Below are positions 46,363 through 60,800 of a DNA stretch of 64,000 nucleotides, one piece after another. The notes beneath the pieces were generated by a model. The model was not told the DNA's origin and made no database searches. It saw only the letters and a program-made list of their open reading frames with translations. The translations under genes were made by a program, and so were the position numbers. Origin of the DNA: Nemertoderma westbladi (taxonomy: Eukaryota; Animalia; Xenacoelomorpha); contig JAUCBJ010008016.1 of the NCBI GenBank assembly GCA_032718475.1, forward strand, positions 29,829-93,828, in the 5' to 3' direction. Position 1 is the stretch's first letter. Every line of letters starts with the position of its first letter.

Positions 46363-49300
46363 CTGTAAGGAATAAAGTAGAACTGCTACAGCAGTACAAC
46401 CAGAATCCTGTAAGGAATAAAGTAGAACTGTTACAGAAGGGCAACCAGAATCCTGTAAGGAATAAAGTAGAACTGTTACAGCAGTGCAACCAGAATCCTG
46501 TAAGGAATAAAGTAGAACTGTTACAGAAGGGCAACCAGAATCCTGTAAGGAATAAAGTAGAACTGTTACAGCATTACAACCAGAATCCTGTAAGGAATAA
46601 AGTAGAACTGTTACAGAAGTACAACCAGAATCCTGTAAGGAATAAAGTAGAACTGTTACAGAAGGGCAACCAGAATCCTGTAAGGAATAAAGTAGAACTG
46701 TTACAGAAGGGCAACCAGAATCCTGTAAGGAATAAACTAGAACTGTTACAGAAGGGCAACCAGAATCCTGTAAGGAATAAAGTAGAACTGTTACAGCAGT
46801 GCAACCAGAATCCTGTAAGGAATAAAGTAGAACTGTTACAGAAGGGCAACCAGAATCCTGTAAAAAATAAAGTAGAACTGTTACAGAAGGGCAACCAGAA
46901 TCCTGTAAGGAATAAAGTAGAACTGTTACAGCAGTGCAACCAGAATCCTGTAAGGAATAAAGTAGAACTGTTACAGAAGGGCAACCAGAATCCTGTAAGG
47001 AATAAAGTAGAACTGTTACAGCATTACAACCAGAATCCTGTAAGGAATAAAGTAGAACTGTTACAGAAGTACAACCAGAATCCTGTAAGGAATAAAGTAG
47101 AACTGTTACAGAAGGGCAACCAGAATCCTGTAAGGAATAAAGTAGAACTGTTACAGAAGGGCAACCAGAATCCTGTAAGGAATAAAGTAGAACTGTTACA
47201 GAAGGGCAACCAGAATCCTGTAAGGAATAAAGTAGAACTGTTACAGCAGTACAACCAGAATCCTGTAAGGAATAAAGTAGAACTGTTACAGCAGTACAAC
47301 CAGAATCCTGTAAGGAATAAAGTAGAACTGTTACAGCAGTGCAACCAGAATCCTGTAAGGAATAAAGTAGAACTGTTACAGAAGGGCAACCAGAATCCTG
47401 TAAAAAATAAAGTAGAACTGTTACAGAAGGGCAACCAGAATCCTGTAAGGAATAAAGTAGAACTGTTACAGCAGTGCAACCAGAATCCTGTAAGGAATAA
47501 AGTAGAACTGTTACAGAAGGGCAACCAGAATCCTGTAAGGAATAAAGTAGAACTGTTACAGCATTACAACCAGAATCCTGTAAGGAATAAAGTAGAACTG
47601 TTACAGAAGTACAACCAGAATCCTGTAAGGAATAAAGTAGAACTGTTACAGAAGGGCAACCAGAATCCTGTAAGGAATAAAGTAGAACTGTTACAGAAGG
47701 GCAACCAGAATCCTGTAAGGAATAAAGTAGAACTGTTACAGAAGGGCAACCAGAATCCTGTAAGGAATAAAGTAGAACTGTTACAGCAGTACAACCAGAA
47801 TCCTGTAAGGAATAAAGTAGAACTGTTACAGCAGTACAACCAGAATCCTGTAAGGAATAAAGTAGAACTGTTACAGCAGTACAACCAGAATCCTGTAAGG
47901 AATAAAGTAGAACTGTTACAGAAGGGCAACCAGAATCCTGTAAGGAATAAAGTAGAACTGTTACAGCAGTACAACCAGAATCCTGTAAGGAATAAAGTAG
48001 AACTGTTACAGCAGTACAACCAGAATCCTGTAAGGAATAAAGTAGAACTGTTACAGAAGGGCAACCAGAATCCTGTAAGGAATAAAGTAGAACTGTTACA
48101 GCAGTACAACCAGAATCCTGTAAGGAATAAAGTAGAACTGTTACAGCAGTACAACCAGAATCCTGTAAGGAATAAAGTAGAACTGTTACAGAAGGGCAAC
48201 CAGAATCCTGTATGGAATAAAGTAGAACTGTTACAGCAGTGCAACCAGAATCCTGTAAGGAATAAAGTAGAACTGTTACAGAAGTACAACCAGAATCCTG
48301 TAAGGAATAAAGTAGAACTGTTACAGAAGGGCAACCAGAATCCTGTAAGGAATAAAGTAGAACTGTTACAGCAGTGCAACCAGAATCCTGTAAGGAATAA
48401 AGTATAACTGTTACATAAGGGCAACCAGAATCCTGTAAGGAATAAAGTAGAACTGTTACAGAAGGGCAACCAGAATCCTGTAAGGAATAAAGTAGAACTG
48501 TTACAGCAGTGCAACCAGAATCCTGTAAGGAATAAAGTAGAACTGTTACAGAAGGGCAACCAGAATCCTGTAAGGAATAAAGTATAACTGTTACATAAGG
48601 GCAACCAGAATCCTGTAAGGAATAAAGTAGAACTGTTACAGAAGTACAACCAGAATCCTGTAAGGAATAAAGTAGAACTGTTACAGAAGGGCAACCAGAA
48701 TCCTGTAAGGAATAAAGTAGAACTGTTACAGAAGGGCAACCAGAATCCTGTAAGGAATAAAGTAGAACTGTTACAGCAGTGCAACCAGAATCCTGTAAGG
48801 AATAAAGTAGAACTGTTACAGAAGTACAACCAGAATCCTGTAAGGAATAAAGTAGAACTGTTACAGAAGGGCAACCAGAATCCTGTAAGGAATAAAGTAG
48901 AACTGTTACAGAAGGGCAACCAGAATCCTGTAAGGAATAAAGTAGAACTGTTACAGAAGGGCAACCAGAATCCTGTAAGGAATAAAGTAGAACTGTCACA
49001 GAAGGGCAACCAGAATCCTGTAAGGAATAAAATAGAATTGTTACAGAAGGGCAACCAGAATCCTGTAAGGAATAAAGTAGAACTGTTACAGAAGGGCAAC
49101 CAGAATCCTGTAAGGAATAAAGTAGAACTGTTACAGAAGGGCAACCAGAATCCTGTAAAAAATAAAGTAGAACTGTTACAGAAGGGCAACCAGAATCCTG
49201 TAAGGAATAAAGTAGATCTGTTACAGAAGGGCAACCAGAATCCTGTAAGGAATAAAGTAGAACTGTTACAGAAGGGCAACCAGAATCCTGTAAGGAATAA

Positions 49301-52300
49301 AATAGAATTGTTACAGAAGGGCAACCAGAATCCTGTAAGGAATAAAGTAGAACTGTTACAGCAGTACAACCAGAATCCTGTAAGGAATAAAGTAGAACTG
49401 TTACAGAAGGGCAACCAGAATCCTGTAAGGAATAAAGTAGAACTGTTACAGAAGGGCAACCAGAATCCTGTAAGGAATAAAGTAGAACTGTTACAGAAGG
49501 GCAACCAGAATCCTGTAAGGAATAAAGTAGAACTGTTACAGAAGGGCAACCAGAATCCTGTAAAGAATAAAGTAGAACTGTTACAGAAGGGCAACCAGAA
49601 TCCTGTAAGGAATAAAGTATAACTGTTACAGCAGTACAACCAGAATCCTGTAAGGAATAAAGTAGAACCGTTACAGCAGTACAACCAGAATCCTGTAAGG
49701 AATAAAGTAGAACTGTTACAGCAGTGCAACCAGAATCCTGTAAAGAATAAAGTAGAACTGTTACAGAAGGGCAACCAGAATCCTGCAAGGAATAAAGTAG
49801 AACTGTTACAGCAGTACAACCAGAATCCTGTAAGGAATAAAGTAGAACTGTTACAGAAGTACAACCAGAATCCTGTAAGGAATAAAGTAGAACCGTTACA
49901 GCAGTACAACCAGAATCCTGTAAGGAATAAAGTAGAACTGTTACAGCAGTGCAACCAGAATCCTGTAAAGAATAAAGTAGAACTGTTACAGAAGGGCAAC
50001 CAGAATCCTGTAAGGAATAAAGTAGAACTGTTACAGCAGTGCAACCAGAATCCTTTAAGGTATAAAGTAGAACTGCTACAGAAGGGCAACCAGAATCCTG
50101 CAAGGAATAAAGTAGAACTGTTACAGCAGTACAACCAGAATCCTGTAAGGAATAAAGTAGAACTGTTACAGAAGGGCAACCAGAATCCTGCAAGGAATAA
50201 AGTAGAACTGTTACAGAAGGGCAACCAGAATCCTGTAAGGAATAAAGTAGAACTGTTACAGAAGGGCAACCAGAATCCTGTAAAAAATAAAGTAGAACTG
50301 TTACAGAAGGGCAACCAGAATCCTGTAAGGAATAAAGTAGATCTGTTACAGCAGTGCAACCAGAATCCTGTAAGGAATAAAGTAGAACTGTTACAGAAGG
50401 GCAACCAGAATCCTGTAAAAAATAAAGTAGAACTGTTACAGAAGGGCAACCAGAATCCTGTAAGGAATAAAGTAGAACTGTTACAGCAGTGCAACCAGAA
50501 TCCTTTAAGGTATAAAGTAGAACTGCTACAGAAGGGCAACCAGAATCCTGCAAGGAATAAAGTAGAACTGTTACAGCAGTACAACCAGAATCCTGTAAGG
50601 AATAAAGTAGAACTGTTACAGAAGGGCAACCAGAATCCTGCAAGGAATAAAGTAGAACTGTTACAGAAGGGCAACCAGAATCCTGTAAGGAATAAAGTAG
50701 AACTGTTACAGAAGGGCAACCAGAATCCTGTAAAAAATAAAGTAGAACTGTTACAGAAGGGCAACCAGAATCCTGTAAGGAATAAAGTAGATCTGTTACA
50801 GCAGTGCAACCAGAATCCTGCAAGGAATAAAGTAGAACTGTTACAGAAGGGCAACCAGAATCCTGTAAGGAATAAAGTAGAACTGTTACAGAAGGGCAAC
50901 CAGAATCCTGTAAGGAATAAAATAGAATTGTTACAGAAGGGCAACCAGAATCCTGTAAGGAATAAAGTAGAACTGTTACAGCAGTACAACCAGAATCCTG
51001 TAAGGAATAAAGTAGAACTGTTACAGAAGGGCAACCAGAATCCTGTAAGGAATAAAGTAGAACTGTTACAGAAGGGCAACCAGAATCCTGTAAGGAATAA
51101 AGTAGAACTGTTACAGAAGGGCAACCAGAATCCTGTAAGGAATAAAGTAGAACTGTTACAGAAGGGCAACCAGAATCCTGTAAAGAATAAAGTAGAACTG
51201 TTACAGAAGGGCAACCAGAATCCTGTAAGGAATAAAGTAGAACTGTTACAGCAGTGCAACCAGAATCCTGTAAAGAATAAAGTAGAACTGTTACAGAAGG
51301 GCAACCAGAATCCTGTAAGGAATAAAGTAGAACTGTTACAGCAGTGCAACCAGAATCCTTTAAGGTATAAAGTAGAACTGCTACAGAAGGGCAACCAGAA
51401 TCCTGCAAGGAATAAAGTAGAACTGTTACAGCAGTACAACCAGAATCCTGTAAGGAATAAAGTAGAACTGTTACAGAAGGGCAACCAGAATCCTGCAAGG
51501 AATAAAGTAGAACTGTTACAGAAGGGCAACCAGAATCCTGCAAGGAATAAAGTAGAACTGTTACAGAAGGGCAACCAGAATCCTGTAAGGAATAAAGTAT
51601 AACTGTTACAGAAGGGCAACCAGAATCCTGTAAGGAATAACGTAGAACTGTTACAGAAGGGCAACCAGAATCCTGTAAGGAATAAAGTAGAACTGTTACA
51701 GAAGGGCAACCAGAATCCTGCAAGGAATAAAGTAGAACTGTTACAGAAGGGCAACCAGAATCCTGCAAGGAATAAAGTAGAACTGTTACAGAAGGGCAAC
51801 CAGAATCCTGTAAGGAATAAAGTAGAACTGTTACAGAAGGGCAACCAGAATCCTGCAAGGAATAAAGTAGAACTGTTACAGAAGGGCAACCAGAATCCTG
51901 CAAGGAATAAAGTAGAACTGTTACAGAAGGGCAACCAGAATCCTGTAAGGAATAAAGTAGAACTGTTACAGAAGGGCAACCAGAATCCTGTAAGGAATAA
52001 AGTAGAACTGTTACAGAAGGGCAACCAGAATCCTGTAAGGAATAAAGAAGAACTGTTACAGAAGGGCAACCAGAATCCTGTAAGGAATAAAGTAGAACTG
52101 TTACAGAAGGGCAACCAGAATCCTGTAAAGAATAAAGTAGAACTGTTACAGAAGGGCAACCAGAATCCTGTAAGGAATAAAGTAGAACTGTTAGAGAAGG
52201 GCAACCAGAATCCTGTAAGGAATAAAGTAGAACTGTTACAGAAGGGCAACCAGAATCCTGTAAGGAATAAAGTAGAACTGTTACAGAAGGGCAACCAGAA

Positions 52301-54738
52301 TCCTGTAAGGAATAAAGTAGAACTGTTACAGAATGGCAACCAGAAACCTGTAAGGAATAAAGTAGAACTGCTACAGCAGTACAACCAGAATCCTGTAAGG
52401 AATAAAGTAGAACTGTTACAGCAGTACAACCAGAATCCTGTAAGGAATAAAGTAGAACTGTTACAGAAGTGCAACCAGAATCCTGTAAAGAATAAAGTAG
52501 AACTGTTACAGAAGGGCAACCAGAATCCTGTAAGGAATAAAGTAGAACTGTTACAGAAGGGCAACCAGAATCCTGTAAGGAATAAAGTAGAACTGTTACA
52601 GAAGGGCAACCAGAATCCTGTAAAGAATAAAGTAGAACTGTTACAGAAGGGCAACCAGAATCCTGTAAGGAATAAAGTAGAACTGTTACAGAAGGGCAAC
52701 CAGAATCCTGTAAGGAATAAAATAGAATTGTTACAGAAGGGCAACCAGAATCCTGCAAGGAATAAACTAGAACTGTTACAGCAGTGCAACCAGAATCCTG
52801 TAAAGAATAAAGTAGAACTGTTACAGAAGGGCAACCAGAATCCTGTAAGGAATAAAGTAGAACTGTTACAGCAGTACAACCAGAATCCTGTAAGGAATAA
52901 AGTAGAACTGTTACAGAAGGGCAACCAGAATCCTGTAAGGAATAAAGTAGAACTGTTACAGAAGGGCAACCAGAATCCTGTAAGGAATAAAATAGAATTG
53001 TTACAGAAGGGCAACCAGAATCCTGCAAGGAATAAACTAGAACTGTTACAGCAGTGCAACCAGAATCCTGTAAAGAATAAAGTAGAACTGTTACAGAAGG
53101 GCAACCAGAATCCTGTAAGGAATAAAGTAGAACTGTTACAGAAGGGCAACCAGAATCCTGTAAGGAATAAAGTAGAACTGTTACAGCAGTACAACCAGAA
53201 TCCTGTAAGGAATAAAGTAGAACTGTTACAGAAGGGCAACCAGAATCCTGTAAGGAATAAAGTAGAACTGTTACAGAAGGGCAACCAGAATCCTGTAAGG
53301 AATAAAATAGAATTGTTACAGAAGGGCAACCAGAATCCTGTAAGGAATAAAGTAGAATTGTTACAGAAGTGCAACCAGAATACTGTAAAGAATAAAGTAG
53401 AACTGTTACAGAAGGGCAACCAGAATCCTGTAAGGAATAAAGTAGAACTGTTACAGAAGGGCAACCAGAATCCTGTAAGGAATAAAATAGAATTGTTACA
53501 GAAGGGCAACCAGAATCCTGTAAGGAATAAAGTAGAATTGTTACAGAAGTGCAACCAGAATCCTGTAAGGAATAAAGTAGAACTGTTACAGAAGGGAAAC
53601 CAGAATCCTGTAAGGAATAAAGTAGAACTGTTACAGCAGTGCAACCAGAATCCTGTGTAAGGAATAAAGTAGAACTGTTACAGAAGTACAACCAGAATCC
53701 TGTAAGGAATAAAGTAGAACTGTTACAGCAGTGCAACCAGAATCCTGTGTAAGGAATAAAGTAGAACTGTTACAGAAGTACAACCAGAATCCTGTAAGGA
53801 ATAAAGTAGAACTGTTACAGAAGTGCAACCAGAATCCTGTAAGGAATAAAGTAGAACTGTTACAGAAGGGCAACCAGAATCCTGTAAGGAATAAAGTAGA
53901 ACTGCTACAGCAGTACAACCAGAATCCTGTAAGGAATAAAGTAGAACTGTTACAGCAGTACAACCAGAATCCTGTGTAAGGAATAAAGTAGAACTGTTAC
54001 AGAAGGGCAACCAGAATCCTGTAAGGAATAAAGTAGAACTGTTACAGAAGTGCAACCAGAATCCTGTAAGGAATAAAGTAGAACTGTTACAGAAGGGCAA
54101 CCAGAATCCTGTAAGGAATAAAGTAGAACTGCTACAGCAGTACAACAAGAATCCTGTAAGGAATAAAGTAGAACTGTTACAGCCGAGCAACCAGAATCCT
54201 TGAAGGTATAAAGTAGAACTGTTACAGAAGTGCAACCAGAATCCTGTAAGGAATAAAGTAGAACTGTTACAGCAGTACAACCAGAATCCTGTAAGGAATA
54301 AAGTAGAACTGCTACAGCAGTACAACCAGAATCCTGTAAGGAATAAAGTAGAACTGTTACAGCAGTACAACCAGAATCCTGTAAGGAATAAAGTAGAACT
54401 GCTACAGCAGTACAACCAGAATCCTGTAAGGAATAAAGTAGAACTGTTACAGCAGTACAACCAGAATCCTGTGTAAGGAATAAAGTAGAACTGTTACAGA
54501 AGGGCAACCAGAATCCTGTAAGGAATAAAGTAGAACTGCTACAGCAGTACAACCAGAATCCTGTAAGGAATAAAGTAGAACTGCTACAGAAGGGCAACCA
54601 GAATCCTGTAAGGAATAAAGTAGAACTGTTACAGAAGGGCAACCAGAATCCTGTAAGGAATAAAGTAGAACTGTTAAAGAAGTACAACCAGAATCCTGTA
54701 AGGAATAAAGTAGAACTGTTACAGCAGTACAACCAGAA
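46337..54738 (-). repeat. 45-bp tandem array (~187 copies) reiterating the TM3-exon splice acceptor and exon start
   Basis: Minus-strand unit ttctactttattccttacag|gattctggttg(cccttc/cactgc)tgtaacag. The last copy is the real exon start. Confidence 0.96.
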
Positions 54739-54764
54739 TGTTATATAGAGACATGTCTACTAAC

Positions 54765-54870
54765 ATTTAGAAACCCGTGACCTTCCACTCCAATTAGGAA
54801 CAGCAGAATCGCAACAAACAACGCAAAGCAAAGATTGATGAGAACAAAGCTACGTTCAAACGATAGTAAT
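54765..54870 (-). CDS. Adhesion GPCR exon, ICL1-TM2 (upstream exons beyond the window)
   Basis: ttttag|A...AAT|gttagt. Encodes LLSFERSFVLINLCFALFVAILLFLIGV (the NL..AL....LLFL.G motif), phase 2 to 0. Confidence 0.9.
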
Positions 54871-57800
54871 CTAAAATAAACAGACAATAGTAGAACAAAG
54901 CTACGTTCAAACGATAGTAATCTAAAATAAACAGACAATAGTAGAACAAAGCTACGTTCGAACGATAGTAATCTAAAATAAACAGACTATAGTAGAACAA
55001 AGCTACGTTCAAACGATAGTAATCTAAAATAAACAGACAATAGTAGAACAAAGCTACGTTCAAACGATAGTAATCTAAAATAAACAGACAATAGTAGAAC
55101 AAAGCTACGTTCAAACGATAGTAATCTAAAATAAACAGACAATAGTAGAACAAAGCTACGTTCAAACGATAGTAATCTAAAATAAACAGACAATAGTAGA
55201 ACAAAGCTACGTTCAAACGATAGTAATCTAAAATAAACAGACAATAGTAGAACAAAGCTACGTTCAAACGATAGTAATCTAAAATAAACAGACAATAGTA
55301 GAACAAAGCTACGTTCAAACGATAGTAATCTAAAATAAACAGACAATAGTAGAACAAAGCTACGTTCAAACGATAGTAATCTAAAATAAACAGACAATAG
55401 TAGAACAAAGCTACGTTCAAACGATAGTAATCTAAAATAAACAGACAATAGTAGAACAAAGCTACGTTCATACGATAGTAATCTAAAATAAACAGACAAT
55501 AGTAGAACAAAGCTACGTTCAAACGATAGTAATCTAAAATAAACAGACAATAGTAGAACAAAGCTACGTTCAAACGATAGTAATCTAAAATAAACAGACA
55601 ATAGTAGAACAAAGCTACGTTCAAACGATAGTAATCTAAAATAAACAGACAATAGTAGAACAAAGCTACGTTCAAACGATAGTAATCTAAAATAAACAGA
55701 CAATAGTAGAACAAAGCTACGTTCAAACGATAGTAATCTAAAATAAATAGACAATAGTAGAACAAAGCTACGTTCAAACGATAGTAATCTAAAATAAACA
55801 GACAATATTAGAACAAAGCTACGTTCAAACGATAGTAATCTAAAATAAACAGACAATAGTAGAACAAAGCTACGTTCAAACGATAGTAATCTAAAATAAA
55901 CAGACAATAGTAGAACAAAGCTACGTTCAAACGATAGTAATCTAAAATAAATAGACAATAGTAGAACAAAGCTACGTTCAAACGATAGTAATCTAAAATA
56001 AACAGACAATAGTAGAACAAAGCTACGTTCAAACGATAGTAATCTAAAATAAATAGACAATAGTAGAACAAAGCTACGTTCAAACGATAGTAATCTAAAA
56101 TAAACAGACAATAGTAGAACAAAGCTACGTTCAAACGATAGTAATCTAAAATAAATAGACAATAGTAGAACAAAGCTACGTTCAAACGATAGTAATCTAA
56201 AATAAATAGACAATAGTAGAACAAAGCTACGTTCAAACGATAGTAATCTAAAATAAATAGACAATAGTAGAACAAAGCTACGTTCAAACGATAGTAATCT
56301 AAAATAAATAGACAATAGTAGAACAAAGCTACGTTCAAACGATAGTAATCTAAAATAAATAGACAATAGTATAACAAAGCTACGTTCAAACGATAGTAAT
56401 CTAAAATAAATAGACAATAGTAGAACAAAGCTACGTTCAAACGATAGTAATCTAAAATAAACAGACAATAGTAGAACAAAGCTACGTTCAAACGATAGTA
56501 ATCTAAAATAAACAGACAATAGTATAACAAAGCTACGTTCAAACGATAGTAATCTAAAATAAATAGACAATAGTAGAACAAAGCTACGTTCAAACGATAG
56601 TAATCTAAAATAAATAGACAATAGTAGAACAAAGCTACGTTCAAACGATAGTAATCTAAAATAAACAGACAATAGTAGAACAAAGCTACGTTCAAACGAT
56701 AGTAATCTAAAATAAACAGACAATAGTATAACAAAGCTACGTTCAAACGATAGTAATCTAAAATAAATAGACAATAGTAGAACAAAGCTACGTTCAAACG
56801 ATAGTAATCTAAAATAAACAGACAATAGTAGAACAAAGCTACGTTCAAACGATAGTAATCTAAAATAAACAGACAATAGTAGAACAAAGCTACGTTCAAA
56901 CGATAGTAATCTAAAATAAACAGACAATAGTAGAACAAAGCTACGTTCAAACGATAGTAATCTAAAATAAACAGACAATAGTAGAACAAAGCTACGTTCA
57001 AACGATAGTAATCTAAAATAAACAGACAATAGTAGAACAAAGCTACGTTCAAACGATAGTAATCTAAAATAAACAGACAATAGTAGAACAAAGCTACGTT
57101 CAAACGATAGTAATCTAAAATAAACAGACAATAGTAGAACAAAGCTACGTTCAAACGATAGTAATCTAAAATAAACAGACAATAGTAGAACAAAGCTACG
57201 TTCAAACGATAGTAATCTAAAATAAACAGACAATAGTAGAACAAAGCTACGTTCAAACGGAGTAATCTAAAATAAATAGACAATAGTAGAACAAAGCTAC
57301 GTTCAAACGATAGTAATCTAAAATAAATAGACAATAGTAGAACAAAGCTACGTTCAAACGATAGTAATCTAAAATAAACAGACAATAGTAGAACAAAGCT
57401 ACGTTCAAACGATAGTAATCTAAAATAAATAGACAATAGTAGAACAAAGCTACGTTCAAACGATAGTAATCTAAAATAAATAGACAAGAGTAGAACAAAG
57501 CTACGTTCAAACGATAGTAATCTAAAATAAACAGACAATAGTAGAACAAAGCTACGTTCAAACGATAGTAATCTAAAATAAATAGACAATAGTAGAACAA
57601 AGCTACGTTCAAACGATAGTAATCTAAAATAAACAGACAATAGTAGAACAAAGCTACGTTCAAACAATAGTAATCTAAAATAACAGACAATAGTAGAACA
57701 AAGCTACGTTCAAACGATAGTAATCTAAAATAAACAGACAATAGTAGAACAAAGCTACGTTCAAACGATAGTAATCTAAAATAACAGACAATAGTAGAAC

Positions 57801-60800
57801 AAAGCTACGTTCAAACAATAGTAATCTAAAATAAACAGACAATATTAGAACAAAGCTACGTTCAAACGATAGTAATCTAAAATAAATAGACAATAGTAGA
57901 ACAAAGCTACGTTCAAACGATAGTAATCTAAAATAAACAGACAATAGTAGAACAAAGCTACGTTCAAACGATAGTAATCTAAAATAAACAGACAATAGTA
58001 GAACAAAGCTACGTTCAAACGATAGTAATCTAAAATAAACAGACAATAGTAGAACAAAGCTACGTTCAAACGATAGTAATCTAAAATAAACAGACAATAG
58101 TAGAACAAAGCTACGTTCAAACGATAGTAATCTAAAATAAACAGACAATAGTAGAACAAAGCTACGTTCAAACGATAGTAATCTAAAATAAACAGACAAT
58201 AGTAGAACAAAGCTACGTTCAAACGATAGTAATCTAAAATAAACAGACAATAGTAGAACAAAGCTACGTTCAAACGATAGTAATCTAAAATAAACAGACA
58301 ATAGTAGAACAAAGCTACGTTCAAACGATAGTAATCTAAAATAAACAGACAATAGTAGAACAAAGCTACGTTCAAACGATAGTAATCTAAAATAAACAGA
58401 CAATAGTAGAACAAAGCTACGTTCAAACGATAGTAATCTAAAATAAACAGACAATAGTAGAACAAAGCTACGTTCAAACGATAGTAATCTAAAATAAACA
58501 GACAATAGTAGACCAAAGCTACGTTCAAACGATAGTAATCTAAAATAAACAGACAATAGTAGAACAAAGCTACGTTCAAACGATAGTAATCTAAAATAAA
58601 CAGACAATAGTAGAACAAAGCTACGTTCAAACGATAGTAATCTAAAATAAACAGACAATAGTAGAACAAAGCTACGTTCAAACGATAGTAATCTAAAATA
58701 AACAGACAATAGTAGAACAAAGCTACGTTCAAACGATAGTAATCTAAAATAAACAGACAATAGTAGAACAAAGCTACGTTCAAACGATAGTAATCTAAAA
58801 TAAACAGACAATAGTAGAACAAAGCTACGTTCAAACAATAGTAATCTAAAATAACAGACAATATTAGAACAAAGCTACGTTCAAACGATAGTAATCTAAA
58901 ATAAACAGACAATAGTAGAACAAAGCTACGTTCAAACGATAGTAATCTAAAATAAACAGACAATAGTAGAACAAAGCTACGTTCAAACAATAGTAATCTA
59001 AAATAACAGACAATATTAGAACAAAGCTACGTTCAAACGATAGTAATCTAAAATAAACAGACAATAGTAGAACAAAGCTACGTTCAAACGATAGTAATCT
59101 AAAATAAACAGACAATATTAGAACAAAGCTACGTTCAAACGATAGTAATCTAAAATAAACAGACAATAGTAGAACAAAGCTACGTTCAAACGATAGTAAT
59201 CTAAAATAAACAGACAATAGTAGAACAAAGCTACGTTCAAACGATAGTAATCTAAAATAAACAGACAATAGTAGAACAAAGCTACGTTCAAACGATAGTA
59301 ATCTAAAATAAACAGACAATAGTAGAACAAAGCTACGTTCAAACGATAGTAATCTAAAATAAACAGACAATAGTAGAACAAAGCTACGTTCAAACGATAG
59401 TAATCTAAAATAAACAGACAATAGTAGAACAAAGCTACGTTCAAACGATAGTAATCTAAAATAAACAGACAATAGTAGAACAAAGCTACGTTCAAACGAT
59501 AGTAATCTAAAATAAACAGACAATAGTAGAACAAAGCTACGTTCAAACGATAGTAATCTAAAATAAACAGACAATAGTAGAACAAAGCTACGTTCAAACG
59601 ATAGTAATCTAAAATAAACAGACAATAGTAGAACAAAGCTACGTTCAAACGATAGTAATCTAAAATAAATAGACAATAGTAGAACAAAGCTACGTTCAAA
59701 CGGAGTAAACTAAAATAAACAGACAATAGTAGAACAAAGCTACGTTCAAACGATAGTAATCTAAAATAAACAGACAATAGTAGAACAAAGCTACGTTCAA
59801 ACGATAGTAATCTAAAATAAACAGACAATAGTAGAACAAAGCTACGTTCAAACGATAGTAATCTAAAATAAATAGACAATAGTAGAACAAAGCTACGTTC
59901 AAACGATAGTAATCTAAAATAAACAGACAATAGTAGAACAAAGCTACGTTCAAACAATAGTAATCTAAAATAACAGACAATATTAGAACAAAGCTACGTT
60001 CAAACGATAGTAATCTAAAATAAACAGACAATAGTAGAACAAAGCTACGTTCAAACGATAGTAATCTAAAATAAACAGACAATAGTAGAACAAAGCTACG
60101 TTCAAACGATAGTAATCTAAAATAAACAGACAATAGTAGAACAAAGCTACGTTCAAACGATAGTAATCTAAAATAAACAGACAATAGTAGAACAAAGCTA
60201 CGTTCAAACGATAGTAATCTAAAATAAACAGACAATAGTAGAACAAAGCTACGTTCAAACGATAGTAATCTAAAATAAACAGACAATAGTAGAACAAAGC
60301 TACGTTCAAACGATAGTAATCTAAAATAAACAGACAATAGTAGAACAAAGCTACGTTCAAACGATAGTAATCTAAAATAAACAGACAATAGTAGAACAAA
60401 GCTACGTTCAAACGATAGTAATCTAAAATAAACAGACAATAGTAGAACAAAGCTACGTTCAAACGATAGTAATCTAAAATAAACAGACAATAGTAGAACA
60501 AAGCTACGTTCAAACGATAGTAATCTAAAATAAACAGACAATAGTAGAACAAAGCTACGTTCAAACGATAGTAATCTAAAATAAACAGACAATAGTAGAA
60601 CAAAGCTACGTTCAAACGATAGTAATCTAAAATAAACAGACAATAGTAGAACAAAGCTACGTTCAAACGATAGTAATCTAAAATAAACAGACAATAGTAG
60701 AACAAAGCTACGTTCAAACGATAGTAATCTAAAATAAACAGACAATAGTAGAACAAAGCTACGTTCAAACGATAGTAATCTAAAATAAACAGACAATAGT

